Below are positions 11,627 to 22,124 of a DNA stretch of 59,670 nucleotides, piece after piece (position 1 is the first letter of the stretch; each line of letters starts with the position of its first letter). The stretch comes from Thermodesulfobacteriota bacterium. Its GTDB lineage: Bacteria > Desulfobacterota_D > UBA1144 > Nemesobacterales > Nemesobacteraceae. Where the stretch lies: contig JAKZRS010000048.1 in the NCBI GenBank assembly GCA_047518015.1, positions 1 to 59,670 of the forward strand, given 5' to 3'. The position numbers were made by a program, and so were the translations under genes. The notes beneath the pieces were generated by a model. It was not told the DNA's origin and searched no databases. It saw only the letters and a program-made list of their open reading frames with translations.

Positions 11627-14311
11627 ATGGAAAAAAGCTACAACCCTGCGGAGGTTGAAGGGAGAATTTATGATTTCTGGATCTCCGCAGGACTTCACAA
11701 ATCCAAAATAACAAACTCGGAAAAAGTTTTCTCGATTGTTATTCCCCCTCCCAACGTAACGGGATCGTTGCACATAGGCCACGCTCTTAACAACACCATT
11801 CAAGACATTCTGATCAGGTACAAGAGAATGAAGGATTTTGACGTTCTCTGGGTTCCGGGAACGGATCACGCCGGTATCGCCACTCAGATGATGGTTGAAA
11901 AAGAACTTGCTTCCGAGGGACTAACTAAAAACGACCTGGGCAGGGAGAAATTTCTTGAGAGGGTCTGGCAGTGGAAGGAAAACTCCGGCAGCCGCATTAC
12001 CGAACAGCTGAAAAGACTTGGAGCGCTTCCCGACTGGGAAATGGAACGCTTTACCCTTGATGAGGGTCTTTCAGAAGCGGTGAGAAAAGTTTTTGTTGAT
12101 CTTTACTCCCAAGGGCTTATCTACAGAGACAGAAGACTTGTTAACTGGGACCCTAAGCTTTGTACCGCCATATCAGATCTGGAAGTGGAACAGAAAGAAA
12201 CCCAAGGAAACTACTGGTATATAAGGTATCCGATAGAAGGAGAGGATGGTTCGTCGGTTACAGTGGCTACAACGCGCCCCGAAACCATGCTTGGAGATAC
12301 GGCCGTTGCCGTTCATCCGGATGATCCCAGATATGCTGCTTTGGTGGGGAGAAACGCTGTTTTGCCCCTTGTGGGGAGGAAGATTCCCGTAATAGCCGAT
12401 GAATACAGCGATCCTGAGAAGGGCACTGGAGCTGTAAAGATAACTCCGGGGCATGATTTCAACGATTTTGAAGTCGGAAAACGAAACGGTCTTGATATCA
12501 TAAATATTCTCGACGAACAAGGATATATAAAAGGCGACGTTCCCGAAAAATACGTGGGGCTTGAGAGATTTGAGGCGAGAAAAGCTGTAGTAAAAGACCT
12601 TGAGGATAAGGGTTTTCTGGTAAAGGTTGAGCAGACAATTCATACGGTTCCTTACGGTGACCGCTCAGGGGCGGTTGTGGAACCCTGGTTGACTGATCAG
12701 TGGTACGTAAATGCCGGAGAACTTGCTGCTCAAGCCATTTCGTGCGTGGAGCGCGGGGAGATACGTTTTCATCCCGGGTTCTGGGAAAACACTTACTTTG
12801 AATGGATGAGAAACATAGAGCCTTGGTGTATTTCAAGGCAGCTTTGGTGGGGTCACCGCATACCCGCGTGGTATGGGCCTGATGGGGAGATTTTCGTTGG
12901 TATGAACGAGGATGAGGCCGTGGCCAGTGCGAAGAAGCATTACGGCGAAGAGGTCAAACTTGTTAGAGACCCAGATGTTCTGGATACATGGTTTTCTTCC
13001 GGACTCTGGCCTTTTTCTACCCTCGGGTGGCCTGAAGATACCGAGACACTCAGGCATTACTATCCGACGTCGTGTCTGGTTACCGGGTTCGACATTATCT
13101 TTTTCTGGGTCGCGAGAATGATAATGCTGGGACTTAAGTTCAGGGAAGATGTGCCATTTAAGGATGTTTATGTGCATGGTCTCATAAGGGATGAAAAAGG
13201 TCGTAAGATGAGCAAGACAACGGGCAACGTGATTGATCCTATTGACGTGATCGAAAAATACGGTGCCGACGCGCTTCGTTTCTCCCTCGCGGCGCTTGCA
13301 GCTCAGGGAAGGGATATAAAACTTACCTTTCCTGTTATTGAGGGATACAGAAACTTCATGAACAAGATCTGGAATGCGACGAGATTTGTGTTTATGAATC
13401 TTGAACCGGAGCTTGTTTCCGACTCTGATATTGATACCCATTGTCTAAGAGTCCCCGACCGGTGGATTCTTACCAGACTGAATATCACACTGGGGGAAGT
13501 TGAGGGATTCGTCGAAAACTACGAATTCGACAAGGCTTCACAAGCGCTTTATCACTTTATATGGGATGATTATTGCGACTGGTATCTCGAAATATCCAAG
13601 TTTTCGCTTTATGGAGAAGATAACGAGTCGAAAAAAACCACCCTTAACGTGCTTGTGCGGGTTTTGCTCCGTTCTTTGCGGGCACTCCATCCTTTTACGC
13701 CCTACATTACGGAGGAAATCTTCAGAATATTCAGAGAAAAGGGGATTAATCTTCCTAAAGATGAGGGTATTGACTCAAAGAGTATTCTCGACGTGCAATA
13801 TCCGACGCTGAGTGAAAACGAGATGTTCAAAGAGGAGTCCGAACAGGTTGAGCTTGTAAAAAGCGTTATCACTGGAATAAGAAACCTGCGAGCCACTATG
13901 GGAGTTCATCCTTCGGAAAAGGTGTTGATTCATCTTAATTCTGAAAATAGTGAAGTGGAGAACGTCTTAATGGAAAATCTTAAGATTATCCTCGGCATGG
14001 CTTCTCTTAGCGATTGCGTTGTCTGCGGTAAAGATTTTTCCGGCAAGGCAGTCTCGGAAGTTGTCTCGGGAGTAGAAATAGTTATGCCGGTTGAAAATCT
14101 GCTTGATCTTGAGAAGGAGATCTCCAGGTTAAGCAAGGACCTGGCTAAAGTCTCACAGGAACTTAAAAGAACCGAAGGCAAGCTTGCAAACAGGGATTTT
14201 ATCGACCGTGCTCCTGAGGATGTTGTGGAAAAGGAAAGAGGAAAGCTGAATGAGTTTCAAAACCACAAAAAAAAGCTTGAGGAAATTCTCAGAAAGCTTT
14301 CAACTGTGTAG
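11627..14311 (+). CDS. valS: Valine--tRNA ligase
   Basis: PPPNVTGSLHIGH, DHAGIATQ, WCISRQLWWGHRIP, KMSKT, C-terminal coiled coil. Confidence 0.98.
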   Translation: MEKSYNPAEVEGRIYDFWISAGLHKSKITNSEKVFSIVIPPPNVTGSLHIGHALNNTIQDILIRYKRMKDFDVLWVPGTDHAGIATQMMVEKELASEGLTKNDLGREKFLERVWQWKENSGSRITEQLKRLGALPDWEMERFTLDEGLSEAVRKVFVDLYSQGLIYRDRRLVNWDPKLCTAISDLEVEQKETQGNYWYIRYPIEGEDGSSVTVATTRPETMLGDTAVAVHPDDPRYAALVGRNAVLPLVGRKIPVIADEYSDPEKGTGAVKITPGHDFNDFEVGKRNGLDIINILDEQGYIKGDVPEKYVGLERFEARKAVVKDLEDKGFLVKVEQTIHTVPYGDRSGAVVEPWLTDQWYVNAGELAAQAISCVERGEIRFHPGFWENTYFEWMRNIEPWCISRQLWWGHRIPAWYGPDGEIFVGMNEDEAVASAKKHYGEEVKLVRDPDVLDTWFSSGLWPFSTLGWPEDTETLRHYYPTSCLVTGFDIIFFWVARMIMLGLKFREDVPFKDVYVHGLIRDEKGRKMSKTTGNVIDPIDVIEKYGADALRFSLAALAAQGRDIKLTFPVIEGYRNFMNKIWNATRFVFMNLEPELVSDSDIDTHCLRVPDRWILTRLNITLGEVEGFVENYEFDKASQALYHFIWDDYCDWYLEISKFSLYGEDNESKKTTLNVLVRVLLRSLRALHPFTPYITEEIFRIFREKGINLPKDEGIDSKSILDVQYPTLSENEMFKEESEQVELVKSVITGIRNLRATMGVHPSEKVLIHLNSENSEVENVLMENLKIILGMASLSDCVVCGKDFSGKAVSEVVSGVEIVMPVENLLDLEKEISRLSKDLAKVSQELKRTEGKLANRDFIDRAPEDVVEKERGKLNEFQNHKKKLEEILRKLSTV

Positions 14312-14353
14312 CTTGAACTACTATTTCAATTATTTCAATACAGTTTGATAAAC

Positions 14354-15766
14354 CTAAAAAAGGTCCATCTGTTGGTGCGATACTTTTTCGTCCGTTATTT
14401 CCACCGGATAATTACCGTCAAAACACGCAAAACAGTAGTTTGCTCTTCCGTTAGGGGATTTGTCGCCGTTAGTGATGGCTTTTGTTATTCCCTCAGCACT
14501 TAGGTATCCCAGAGTATCTGAAGTTATGTAGTCCTTTATTTTTTCCACTTCAAGCGAATGCGCTATGAGTTCTTCTTTGAAGGGGGTATCTATACCGTAG
14601 TAGCATGAGAACTTCATTGGAGGAGAACTTATTCTCATGTGAACTTCTTTGGCCCCGGCATCACGTATCATCTTGACAATTTTTCTGCTGGTTGTACCCC
14701 TTACTATGGAGTCGTCAACCACTACTATTTTTTTCCCGTTTATAACCTCTTTTATCACGCTGAGCTTCAGTTTCACGCCCAAGTTCCTTATTGACTGTTG
14801 AGGCTCGATAAAAGTTCTTCCGATATAGTGGCTTCGCAGAAACCCTGTTTCAAAGGGAATTCCCAGTTGCTCCGCGTATCCCATGGCCGCTGGTGTTCCT
14901 GAATCGGGTACGGCTACGACGATATCTGCGTCTGCCGGAGACTCGATTGCGAGTTGCCTACCCATGCTTTTTCTCATCTGATAAATGTTTCTTCCCTGAA
15001 GAGACGAATCGGGTCTCGAAAAATATATGTTCTCAAATACACAGTATTTGTGTTGTTTTTTCGGGAGTGGTTTGAATGACCTGATTCCGTTATCATTTAT
15101 GAACACTATTTCCCCGGGTTCTATTTCTCTTATATAGGCAGCTTCTATGAGATCAAAAGCACATGTTTCGGAGGCTATAACGTAGGAATTATCAATCTTT
15201 CCGAGGGCAAGGGGTCTGAATCCATGAGGGTCACGTGCGGCCACCAAGCCTTTGGGTGTTAGAAATACAAGAGAATATGCACCCTTGCACTCTGTAAGGG
15301 CTTCGATGATTCTTCCGAGAAAGGTTTTTTCCTTTGATCTTGCTATTAGGTGTACGATCACCTCGGTATCCGTTGTTGACTGGAATATGGAACCTTCTTT
15401 TTCAAGCTTGTGTCTTAGAATTCTTGCATTAGTAAGATTGCCGTTGTGCCCAACCGCGAGTTCTCCTTTCTCGTAATTCATCATCAAGGGTTGAGTATTC
15501 TTGTTGTGGCTTGAGCCTGTTGTGGAGTATCTAACATGGCCGATTGCGGTAGTGCCTTGCAGCTTTAATATTGATTCTTCGTCGAAAACCTCGGCTACAA
15601 GCCCCATTTTCCGGTGAGAATAGAGCTTTTTGCCATCAGTTGACACTATGCCGGCACTTTCTTGTCCTCTGTGCTGAAGGGAGTAGAGGCCAAGATAGGT
15701 AAAGTTGGCGGCAGCGGGATGATCATATATTCCAAAGACTCCACACTCTTCGCGTAGTTTTGCCAT
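14354..15766 (-). CDS. purF: Amidophosphoribosyltransferase
   Basis: Propeptide then EECGVFG, LQHRGQES, GHVRYST, VDDSIVRGTT, C-terminal CFACF; start taken at MAKLREEC. Confidence 0.97.
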   Translation of the reverse strand: MAKLREECGVFGIYDHPAAANFTYLGLYSLQHRGQESAGIVSTDGKKLYSHRKMGLVAEVFDEESILKLQGTTAIGHVRYSTTGSSHNKNTQPLMMNYEKGELAVGHNGNLTNARILRHKLEKEGSIFQSTTDTEVIVHLIARSKEKTFLGRIIEALTECKGAYSLVFLTPKGLVAARDPHGFRPLALGKIDNSYVIASETCAFDLIEAAYIREIEPGEIVFINDNGIRSFKPLPKKQHKYCVFENIYFSRPDSSLQGRNIYQMRKSMGRQLAIESPADADIVVAVPDSGTPAAMGYAEQLGIPFETGFLRSHYIGRTFIEPQQSIRNLGVKLKLSVIKEVINGKKIVVVDDSIVRGTTSRKIVKMIRDAGAKEVHMRISSPPMKFSCYYGIDTPFKEELIAHSLEVEKIKDYITSDTLGYLSAEGITKAITNGDKSPNGRANYCFACFDGNYPVEITDEKVSHQQMDLF

Positions 15767-15767
15767 T

Positions 15768-18002
15768 TTACCTCTCTGTGACTGAAAGGCTTTTCTGAAA
15801 GCCCGTGGACCATGCGTCATGAACTGTTGAGATTTTCATGTCAATTGAGTCTTGAACACAAAACCTGTCATCACCAACGACCACCCCGGCACGCAGTGCG
15901 GGGATACCATAATCGTTTGCTATCTCTTTTATTTCTTCCCAGCTGTTTTCGCTTATACTCGCTATTACTCTAGATTGTGTCTCGGAGAAAAGAAACAGAT
16001 CGTTTCTAAGAAAGTTTTCATTTATGTTGGGCGCTTTTACCAAGACCCCCCTCGTGCCGTCTGGACTGAAGCAACATTCCGCAAGCGCTACAGCAAAGCC
16101 GCCCTCAGATATATCATGCGCCGACTTAAGTATACTTTGGGAAGCACACGCAATCAACATCTCGGCAAGTCTTTTTTCTTTATCAAGATCAATTGAGGGT
16201 GGTTCACCGTCAATCAAGCCATGTGCGGTCTTCAGATACTCACTTCCTCCTATATCTTCTTCTATCGCTCCTCCGAGCAGTATCACTAAGTCTCCAGGGT
16301 CTTGAAACCAAGAAGTGACGATTTTAGCCGTATCTTCTATAAGACCTACCATCGCCACAGTCGGGGTAGGAAATATGGCAACACCTTCGGTTTCGTTGTA
16401 AAGACTGACGTTACCGCTTACAACTGGTGTATTAAATAGTTTTGCAGCTTCTGACATGCCTTCAACGCTTTCTGAGAACTGCCACATTATCCCGGGATTT
16501 TCAGGGTTTCCAAAATTAAGACAATCTGTGATTGCGAGAGGAGAAGCACCGCAGCAGGCCAGATTTCTGACACTTTCTGCAACAGCTATTTTACTTCCTT
16601 CACGGGGGTTTAAATAGCAGTATCTAGAGTTTACATTAGATGTCATGGCAATCCCTTTTCCCGTTCCCTTGAGTCTTATTATCGCGCAATCTGCTCCTGG
16701 TCCCAAAACAGTATCGGTTCTTACCATATAGTCATACTGCTCGTACACCCATTTCTTGCTCGAAACGGTTGGAGAAGACAGAATTTCAAGAAAAACTTTC
16801 TGGATGTCCGCAGGCTCGGGAAGATTTTCCGGATTCAGTCTCTCTGTTTTTTTCAGGTAGTCCGGCTTTTTTATCGGTCTTTTGTAAGTCGGTGCACCCG
16901 AGGTTATAAGACTCACGGGCAGGTCCGCAACTATGGTTTCTCCTTCCACAACGGTCAGTTTTCCCGAATTGGTCACCTTGCCGATAATTGAGAAATCAAG
17001 GTTCCATTTCCTGAAAATATCTTGGGCCGTATCCTCTTTGCCCTTTTCCAGGACTAGCAGCATTCTCTCCTGCGATTCGGAAAGCAAGACTTCATAAGGG
17101 GTCATATTTTTTTCTCGCCTGGGAACTCTGTCGATTTCAATCTCAAGGCCGGTTCCCGCACGATCAGCCATCTCTGTTGAAGAAGATGTAAGTCCCGCAG
17201 CTCCCATGTCCTGTATCCCGACAACACAGTCCGTTTTAAACAACTCCAAGCAGGCTTCAAGAAGAAGTTTTTCCGTGAACGGGTCTCCCACCTGCACTGC
17301 AGGCCTTTTTTCTTCGGTTTCCTCAGTAAAGGTGTCCGACGCCATTATAGCTCCCTGGATTCCATCTCTTCCAGTCTTCGATCCGACGTATATTACGGGA
17401 TTTCCTTCGCCAGACGCATATCCGCGGAAGACATTGTTTTTTTTGGTTACTCCGAGAGCAAAGGCGTTTACCAGGGGATTTCCATTGTAACAGTCGTCAA
17501 AATATATCTCTCCTCCTATCGTGGGAATCCCCATGCAGTTTCCATAACCGGCTATTCCCGAGACCACTCCTTCAACGAGGAATTTCGTCTTCTGGAGATC
17601 TGGGTTTCCGAACCGGAGGGAGTTCAAAAGTGCCACGGGTCTTGCTCCCATGGTAAATATATCCCTGAGTATTCCTCCGACCCCTGTTGCAGCGCCTTGG
17701 TAGGGTTCTATGAAAGAGGGATGGTTGTGACTTTCCATTTTAAAAACGACGCAGTAGCCATCCCCTATATCCACAACTCCGGCGTTTTCTCCCGGACCCT
17801 GTATCACCTGTTTTCCCGTTGTTGGGAATTTTCGAAGGTGCACCTTGGAACTTTTGTAGGAGCAGTGTTCAGACCACATGGCTCCAAGGACTCCGATTTC
17901 GGTTGAATTAGGCTCTCTGCCCAAGGTTTCGATTATCTTTTCGTATTCACTCTCGGTAAGACCGTGGTCCAGAGCGAATTGGAGAGATGTTCTATTCTTC
18001 AT
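15768..18002 (-). CDS. purL: Phosphoribosylformylglycinamidine synthase, small PurL
   Basis: [40 protein letters not shown]. Confidence 0.97.
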   Translation of the reverse strand: MKNRTSLQFALDHGLTESEYEKIIETLGREPNSTEIGVLGAMWSEHCSYKSSKVHLRKFPTTGKQVIQGPGENAGVVDIGDGYCVVFKMESHNHPSFIEPYQGAATGVGGILRDIFTMGARPVALLNSLRFGNPDLQKTKFLVEGVVSGIAGYGNCMGIPTIGGEIYFDDCYNGNPLVNAFALGVTKKNNVFRGYASGEGNPVIYVGSKTGRDGIQGAIMASDTFTEETEEKRPAVQVGDPFTEKLLLEACLELFKTDCVVGIQDMGAAGLTSSSTEMADRAGTGLEIEIDRVPRREKNMTPYEVLLSESQERMLLVLEKGKEDTAQDIFRKWNLDFSIIGKVTNSGKLTVVEGETIVADLPVSLITSGAPTYKRPIKKPDYLKKTERLNPENLPEPADIQKVFLEILSSPTVSSKKWVYEQYDYMVRTDTVLGPGADCAIIRLKGTGKGIAMTSNVNSRYCYLNPREGSKIAVAESVRNLACCGASPLAITDCLNFGNPENPGIMWQFSESVEGMSEAAKLFNTPVVSGNVSLYNETEGVAIFPTPTVAMVGLIEDTAKIVTSWFQDPGDLVILLGGAIEEDIGGSEYLKTAHGLIDGEPPSIDLDKEKRLAEMLIACASQSILKSAHDISEGGFAVALAECCFSPDGTRGVLVKAPNINENFLRNDLFLFSETQSRVIASISENSWEEIKEIANDYGIPALRAGVVVGDDRFCVQDSIDMKISTVHDAWSTGFQKSLSVTER

Positions 18003-19678
18003 TTGTCCTCCGGGGGCTGGATGAACTTTGTTGCCTTGGGTATGTCCATATCCCTGAAAAGATATCTTTTTACTTTTCTTGTGGTTGTTTTCGGCAATTC
18101 TTCTCTGGCAATTGCGAAATGGCTGATTCTTTTGTGGGGTTCAAGCTGGCGGTTAAGCTTTGTTATCTCGCTTTTAAGAATGTTCCAGACTCGTTCGTCG
18201 TCTCCGTGCTGTGGAGACTGCCCGAGCTTTTTGGAAATTCCCTCCGCCTCCGGAAATATCACGGCCTGTATCCTTTCATCATCCGGGCTGAATACAATCG
18301 CTTCTTCAACCGTTTCAAGCGGAGTGAGTTTTTCCTCGATTTCCTCGGGGGAGATGTTCTTTCCTCCCTTAGTTACGATAACCGATTTCTTTCTCCCCGT
18401 TATGTAGAGGTAGCCTTCGTGATCAAAGTAACCCAGGTCGCCGGTCCTGAGCCAGCCGTCATCCGAGAGGATCTCTCTTGTCGCATCGGGGTTTTTGTAG
18501 TAGCCGTTCATTATGTTTGGTCCCCTAACGCATATTTCGCCGATCCCTTCGGCGTCTACGTCTCTTATCTCAACCTCGCTGTTTTCAATCACCAAACCGC
18601 CACTTGCGTTCTTCGGCTTCAAAAAAGGGTTTGCGGCTATAACCGCGGATGTTTCACTCATCCCATATCCCTGCAGGAGGGGGAATTCGTATTTTTCAAG
18701 TCCCTCGGAAACCGGTTCTGAGAGCGCAGCTCCGCCGCTTACTATGAGTCTAAGGCGGTCAAGACCCAGACGTTTTTTCGCCATTTTCCCGAAAAATTTG
18801 GAAGGCAGGGCTCTTGTGAGAAAATTTTTCGCTTTAGTTTGTTCGATTCTCTGGAGCAGTCTTTCAAGTATCAAGGGGGTGTTAAGCCACACGGAAGGTC
18901 TCGCGACCTTAAGGTCAGAGAGCATTTCCCTCGGTTTTATGCTTCTTGAGAAAAACACTGCCTGCCCGCAGTAAAAAGACAGCAGTATTCCGACTATTCT
19001 TTCGTATACGTGGTGGATGGGCAGTATGGAAAAAGCCGTATCTTTGTCCGTTATGGGAAAAGCGCTGTAAAGTGCCTCCAGGCTTGACATTATGCTTCCG
19101 TGGGAGAGCATTACGCCTTTGGGATTGCCTGTTGTTCCCGAGGTAAAAACTATATCGGCTATGTCCTCTGGCTCTGATTTTTCGGCGGGCACTGTTTTTT
19201 CAGTGTCCATCTGGGTCTCCAGAGCTTTTTCCATCGGTATTAGGTGCTCAACCGTTTTGGTATTTCCCAAGACTTCCGCGAATCCCGCCGAGGCGACAAG
19301 AAATCTTGAATCTGAAAGCTCCAACACCTGTTCTACGTGCTTTGTCCTTGCCCTTGCGTCAAGTGGGACAGCTATGGCGCCCGCCCAGATTATCGCAAAA
19401 TAAGAAATAGCCCACTCGGGGCTGTTTTCCCCGACAATAGCCACATGGTCTCCTTTCTTGAGACCAAGAGACCTGAGATAGGCTGAGAACTCTGTGGAAA
19501 GTGCGAAAACTTCACTGAAAGTAAGGGAGCTTACGGACAGATCTTTTTTTCTTATGGAGTACGCGGTCTTGTCTGCGTACAGGGCGGATTTTTTCTCAAG
19601 CATCTCCTGTATCGAGGTTATCTGGTTTCCGCTTCTTATGGTGGGGAGTCTTTTTTCCGTGCGGGAGAGTCTTTTCAT
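17999..19678 (-). CDS. AMP-forming long-chain acyl-CoA synthetase (ANL family)
   Basis: [12 protein letters not shown]-loop, [25 protein letters not shown]; ATGA overlap with purL. Confidence 0.88.
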   Translation of the reverse strand: MKRLSRTEKRLPTIRSGNQITSIQEMLEKKSALYADKTAYSIRKKDLSVSSLTFSEVFALSTEFSAYLRSLGLKKGDHVAIVGENSPEWAISYFAIIWAGAIAVPLDARARTKHVEQVLELSDSRFLVASAGFAEVLGNTKTVEHLIPMEKALETQMDTEKTVPAEKSEPEDIADIVFTSGTTGNPKGVMLSHGSIMSSLEALYSAFPITDKDTAFSILPIHHVYERIVGILLSFYCGQAVFFSRSIKPREMLSDLKVARPSVWLNTPLILERLLQRIEQTKAKNFLTRALPSKFFGKMAKKRLGLDRLRLIVSGGAALSEPVSEGLEKYEFPLLQGYGMSETSAVIAANPFLKPKNASGGLVIENSEVEIRDVDAEGIGEICVRGPNIMNGYYKNPDATREILSDDGWLRTGDLGYFDHEGYLYITGRKKSVIVTKGGKNISPEEIEEKLTPLETVEEAIVFSPDDERIQAVIFPEAEGISKKLGQSPQHGDDERVWNILKSEITKLNRQLEPHKRISHFAIAREELPKTTTRKVKRYLFRDMDIPKATKFIQPPEDK

Positions 19679-19693
19679 CTGGACGATATTTTT

Positions 19694-20422
19694 CTAGATT
19701 ATTTCCTTTAGATCTTTTAGGTCTGTTACGATGAATTCAGGTTCTGCTCGAGTGAACTGTTCTTTTCTTTTTACCCATACAGAATCAATCCCGCAGTCAG
19801 AAGATCCTATTATGTCCGCCTCCGGATTATCCCCTATGAAAATCGCGTCTGATGGACTCTCGCCGAGTCTGGCAAGGGCAAATTCAAATATTTCCCTGTG
19901 AGGTTTTCTCCAGCCCACGTCTTCTGAGATCACTATATATTCGAAAAAATCCGCGATTCCGAGTTTCGCAAGTAGATTTTGCGCCGTGGGAGCATGATCA
20001 AAGTTTGAGACAACCGAAAGCCTGTATCCTTTTCCCTTTAGATAGGAAAGAATCTCCGTGTGGTGCTTCGGGTATACCATGGCTCCGCAGAGGCTTTCCA
20101 TGTGTGAACATACAAACTTTTCAAGCACATCGTCATCTCTTTTTAAACCTGTTTTCTCCATGAATATCTCGAATCTTTTTCTGTTCGGATACTCTCTTAA
20201 ATCTTTTTCCCTCAGTTCCAGAAGTTCTCTGTGACTTTCAACGAAAGGTCCGTAGAAATCCGTAAATTCCATTTCGCCGAGGCTGCTTCGCATTTGTGTG
20301 AAAACGTGCTGCGCCGTGGAATTCCAGGTTTCTCCGTTGTGAGTCACCTTCGGCAGAAGGGACGGTCTGAACATTACAAGCGTGTCAAAAAGATCAAAAA
20401 GCACTGCCGAGTATCTTTTCAT
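19694..20422 (-). CDS. HAD-superfamily hydrolase (subfamily IA)
   Basis: FDLFDTLV motif I, VSN motif II, KP motif III, IGDNPEADI motif IV. Confidence 0.9.
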   Translation of the reverse strand: MKRYSAVLFDLFDTLVMFRPSLLPKVTHNGETWNSTAQHVFTQMRSSLGEMEFTDFYGPFVESHRELLELREKDLREYPNRKRFEIFMEKTGLKRDDDVLEKFVCSHMESLCGAMVYPKHHTEILSYLKGKGYRLSVVSNFDHAPTAQNLLAKLGIADFFEYIVISEDVGWRKPHREIFEFALARLGESPSDAIFIGDNPEADIIGSSDCGIDSVWVKRKEQFTRAEPEFIVTDLKDLKEII

Positions 20423-20440
20423 CAGGTTTTATGCGGGAAG

Positions 20441-20803
20441 TTATCCAAGCGATCTTTCAAATATGACTTCTATTATCTTATCGTGAAGACCCAGTGGTTC
20501 CGTGACCCTGTAACTTACTTGTGGAAAATCCTGTGCCGCGTCGGCTACCATCCTGGGTATGTCGGATTTTGAGTGTCTTCCCGGTACGAGAAAATACGGG
20601 TGGACCGTTATGTCATTTGCTCCGGCTGCGACGCACTTGCGAAAAGCGTCTTTTATTGACGGTTCGTAAAGTTCCATGTGGCAGTGTTCAACCATATCAA
20701 ACGGCGATCCGCGGTGACTTCGTACTTTTCTGGCTACTTCTTCAAGAAGGGCGTTTGCCTCTTTTACCGTACTGCCGTGATCGACCAGTATTAGAGCCTT
20801 CAT
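20441..20803 (-). CDS. Single-domain class II chelatase (CbiX/SirB N-terminal domain)
   Basis: LVDHGS, EPSI, PYFLVPGRHSKSDIP, EPLG motifs; 120 aa. Confidence 0.85.
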   Translation of the reverse strand: MKALILVDHGSTVKEANALLEEVARKVRSHRGSPFDMVEHCHMELYEPSIKDAFRKCVAAGANDITVHPYFLVPGRHSKSDIPRMVADAAQDFPQVSYRVTEPLGLHDKIIEVIFERSLG

Positions 20804-20806
20804 TGC

Positions 20807-21955
20807 TCAGTTTCTTTGCGAATGGAGTTTTATGGTCTCAAGAACTATCTCCGCCGACCTTCGGAATTCATCGAGCAGAAGATATTCGTTTACCGTGTGA
20901 AGCTCGTACATGCCCGTTCCCAGGTTTACGCATTCGATTCCCTTTCCGTTTATGTAGTTTGCGTCGCATCCTCCACCGCTTGTGTGAAGTTTTATGTCGT
21001 GGCGCAGGTTCGCTGCCGCTTCAAGGACAAGGTTTGTTACAGTTGCCTGCGGGGAGACGTTCATTACGGGATATACGCGTTCTATTTCAACTTCGGCCCG
21101 CGCGCCGAGTCGTTCTCCGCCAAGAAAAAGCTCTCTGCTTCGAGCCGCTTCCAGAAAGCATTCACGCATATGCTGTACCTGTGCGTCAAGTTTTCCCTCA
21201 TCGTGGCTTCGCGCCTCAGCCGTTACTTCGACGAGACCCGGGACTATGTTTGTGGCGGATCCCCCCTTGATCTTTCCTATGTTTGCGGTTGTTTCATGGT
21301 CTATTCTTCCGAGCTTCATTCTCGAGACCGCGTCGCTTAGGACTTCTACAGCGCTTATTCCGTTCTCGGGGCAAAGTCCCGAATGTGCTTCAACGCCGTA
21401 TATCTTTACCTCCATAATATCGGAGCACGGGCACCTGAGGACAAGTCTCTCAGGAGTGCTGCTGTCAAGAACTATCCCGTAGGGACTTTTAAAACTTGAA
21501 GCGTCAAGAAACTTTGCTCCGAGAAGACCGACTTCCTCGCAGATGGTAAACGCGACTTCTATGTCCGCGCAGGGAATGTTATTCTCCTTAAGCGTTCGAA
21601 GCACCTCGACTATTATGGATACCCCGCTTTTATCGTCGCTTCCGAGTATCGTCGTACCGTCGCTTCTCATTACGCCGTTCTCCACGCTCGGTTTTATTCC
21701 CTCTCCGGGGCTTACGGTGTCCATGTGAGAGCAGAGGAAGAAGGGCGGAACATCTTTCTTGGTTCCGGGAAGCTTGACTATCAGGTTGCCTATGTCTACC
21801 CCGACCTTGTCCCCCGCATCGTCGTAAAAACAGTCGGCTCCTAGCTCCTTCATCTCTTCCTCAAGCTTTCGGGCGACACCTTTTTCCTTTCTTGAAGGAC
21901 TGTCTATCTGTATGATATCCATCAGATGGCTAGTCATTCTTTCTTCTCGAATCAT
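20807..21955 (-). CDS. M20 family metallopeptidase (peptidase T-like)
   Basis: SHMDTV, LGSDDKSG, CEEVGL, GGGCDAN, HTVNE. Confidence 0.9.
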   Translation of the reverse strand: MIREERMTSHLMDIIQIDSPSRKEKGVARKLEEEMKELGADCFYDDAGDKVGVDIGNLIVKLPGTKKDVPPFFLCSHMDTVSPGEGIKPSVENGVMRSDGTTILGSDDKSGVSIIVEVLRTLKENNIPCADIEVAFTICEEVGLLGAKFLDASSFKSPYGIVLDSSTPERLVLRCPCSDIMEVKIYGVEAHSGLCPENGISAVEVLSDAVSRMKLGRIDHETTANIGKIKGGSATNIVPGLVEVTAEARSHDEGKLDAQVQHMRECFLEAARSRELFLGGERLGARAEVEIERVYPVMNVSPQATVTNLVLEAAANLRHDIKLHTSGGGCDANYINGKGIECVNLGTGMYELHTVNEYLLLDEFRRSAEIVLETIKLHSQRN

Positions 21956-22124
21956 GGGTCAGTTTTCTCTCTTTAGGTGAAGTAAACGGTTAAATCATAT
22001 TTGAAAAGAGATCATATTAAAAGAATCTTTTTGTTTTGCTAGGTGTTAGTAGTGTAGAATTATCTTCTTATTAGAATATCGCTATCCTAGCCCTATTTTG
22101 AAATCTGGATTAAATGGTGAAGAA

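Noticed and set aside
14322-14339. TATTTCAAT tandem duplication between valS and purF
   Set aside because: Two copies of an AT-rich 9-mer between convergent genes; no functional context.
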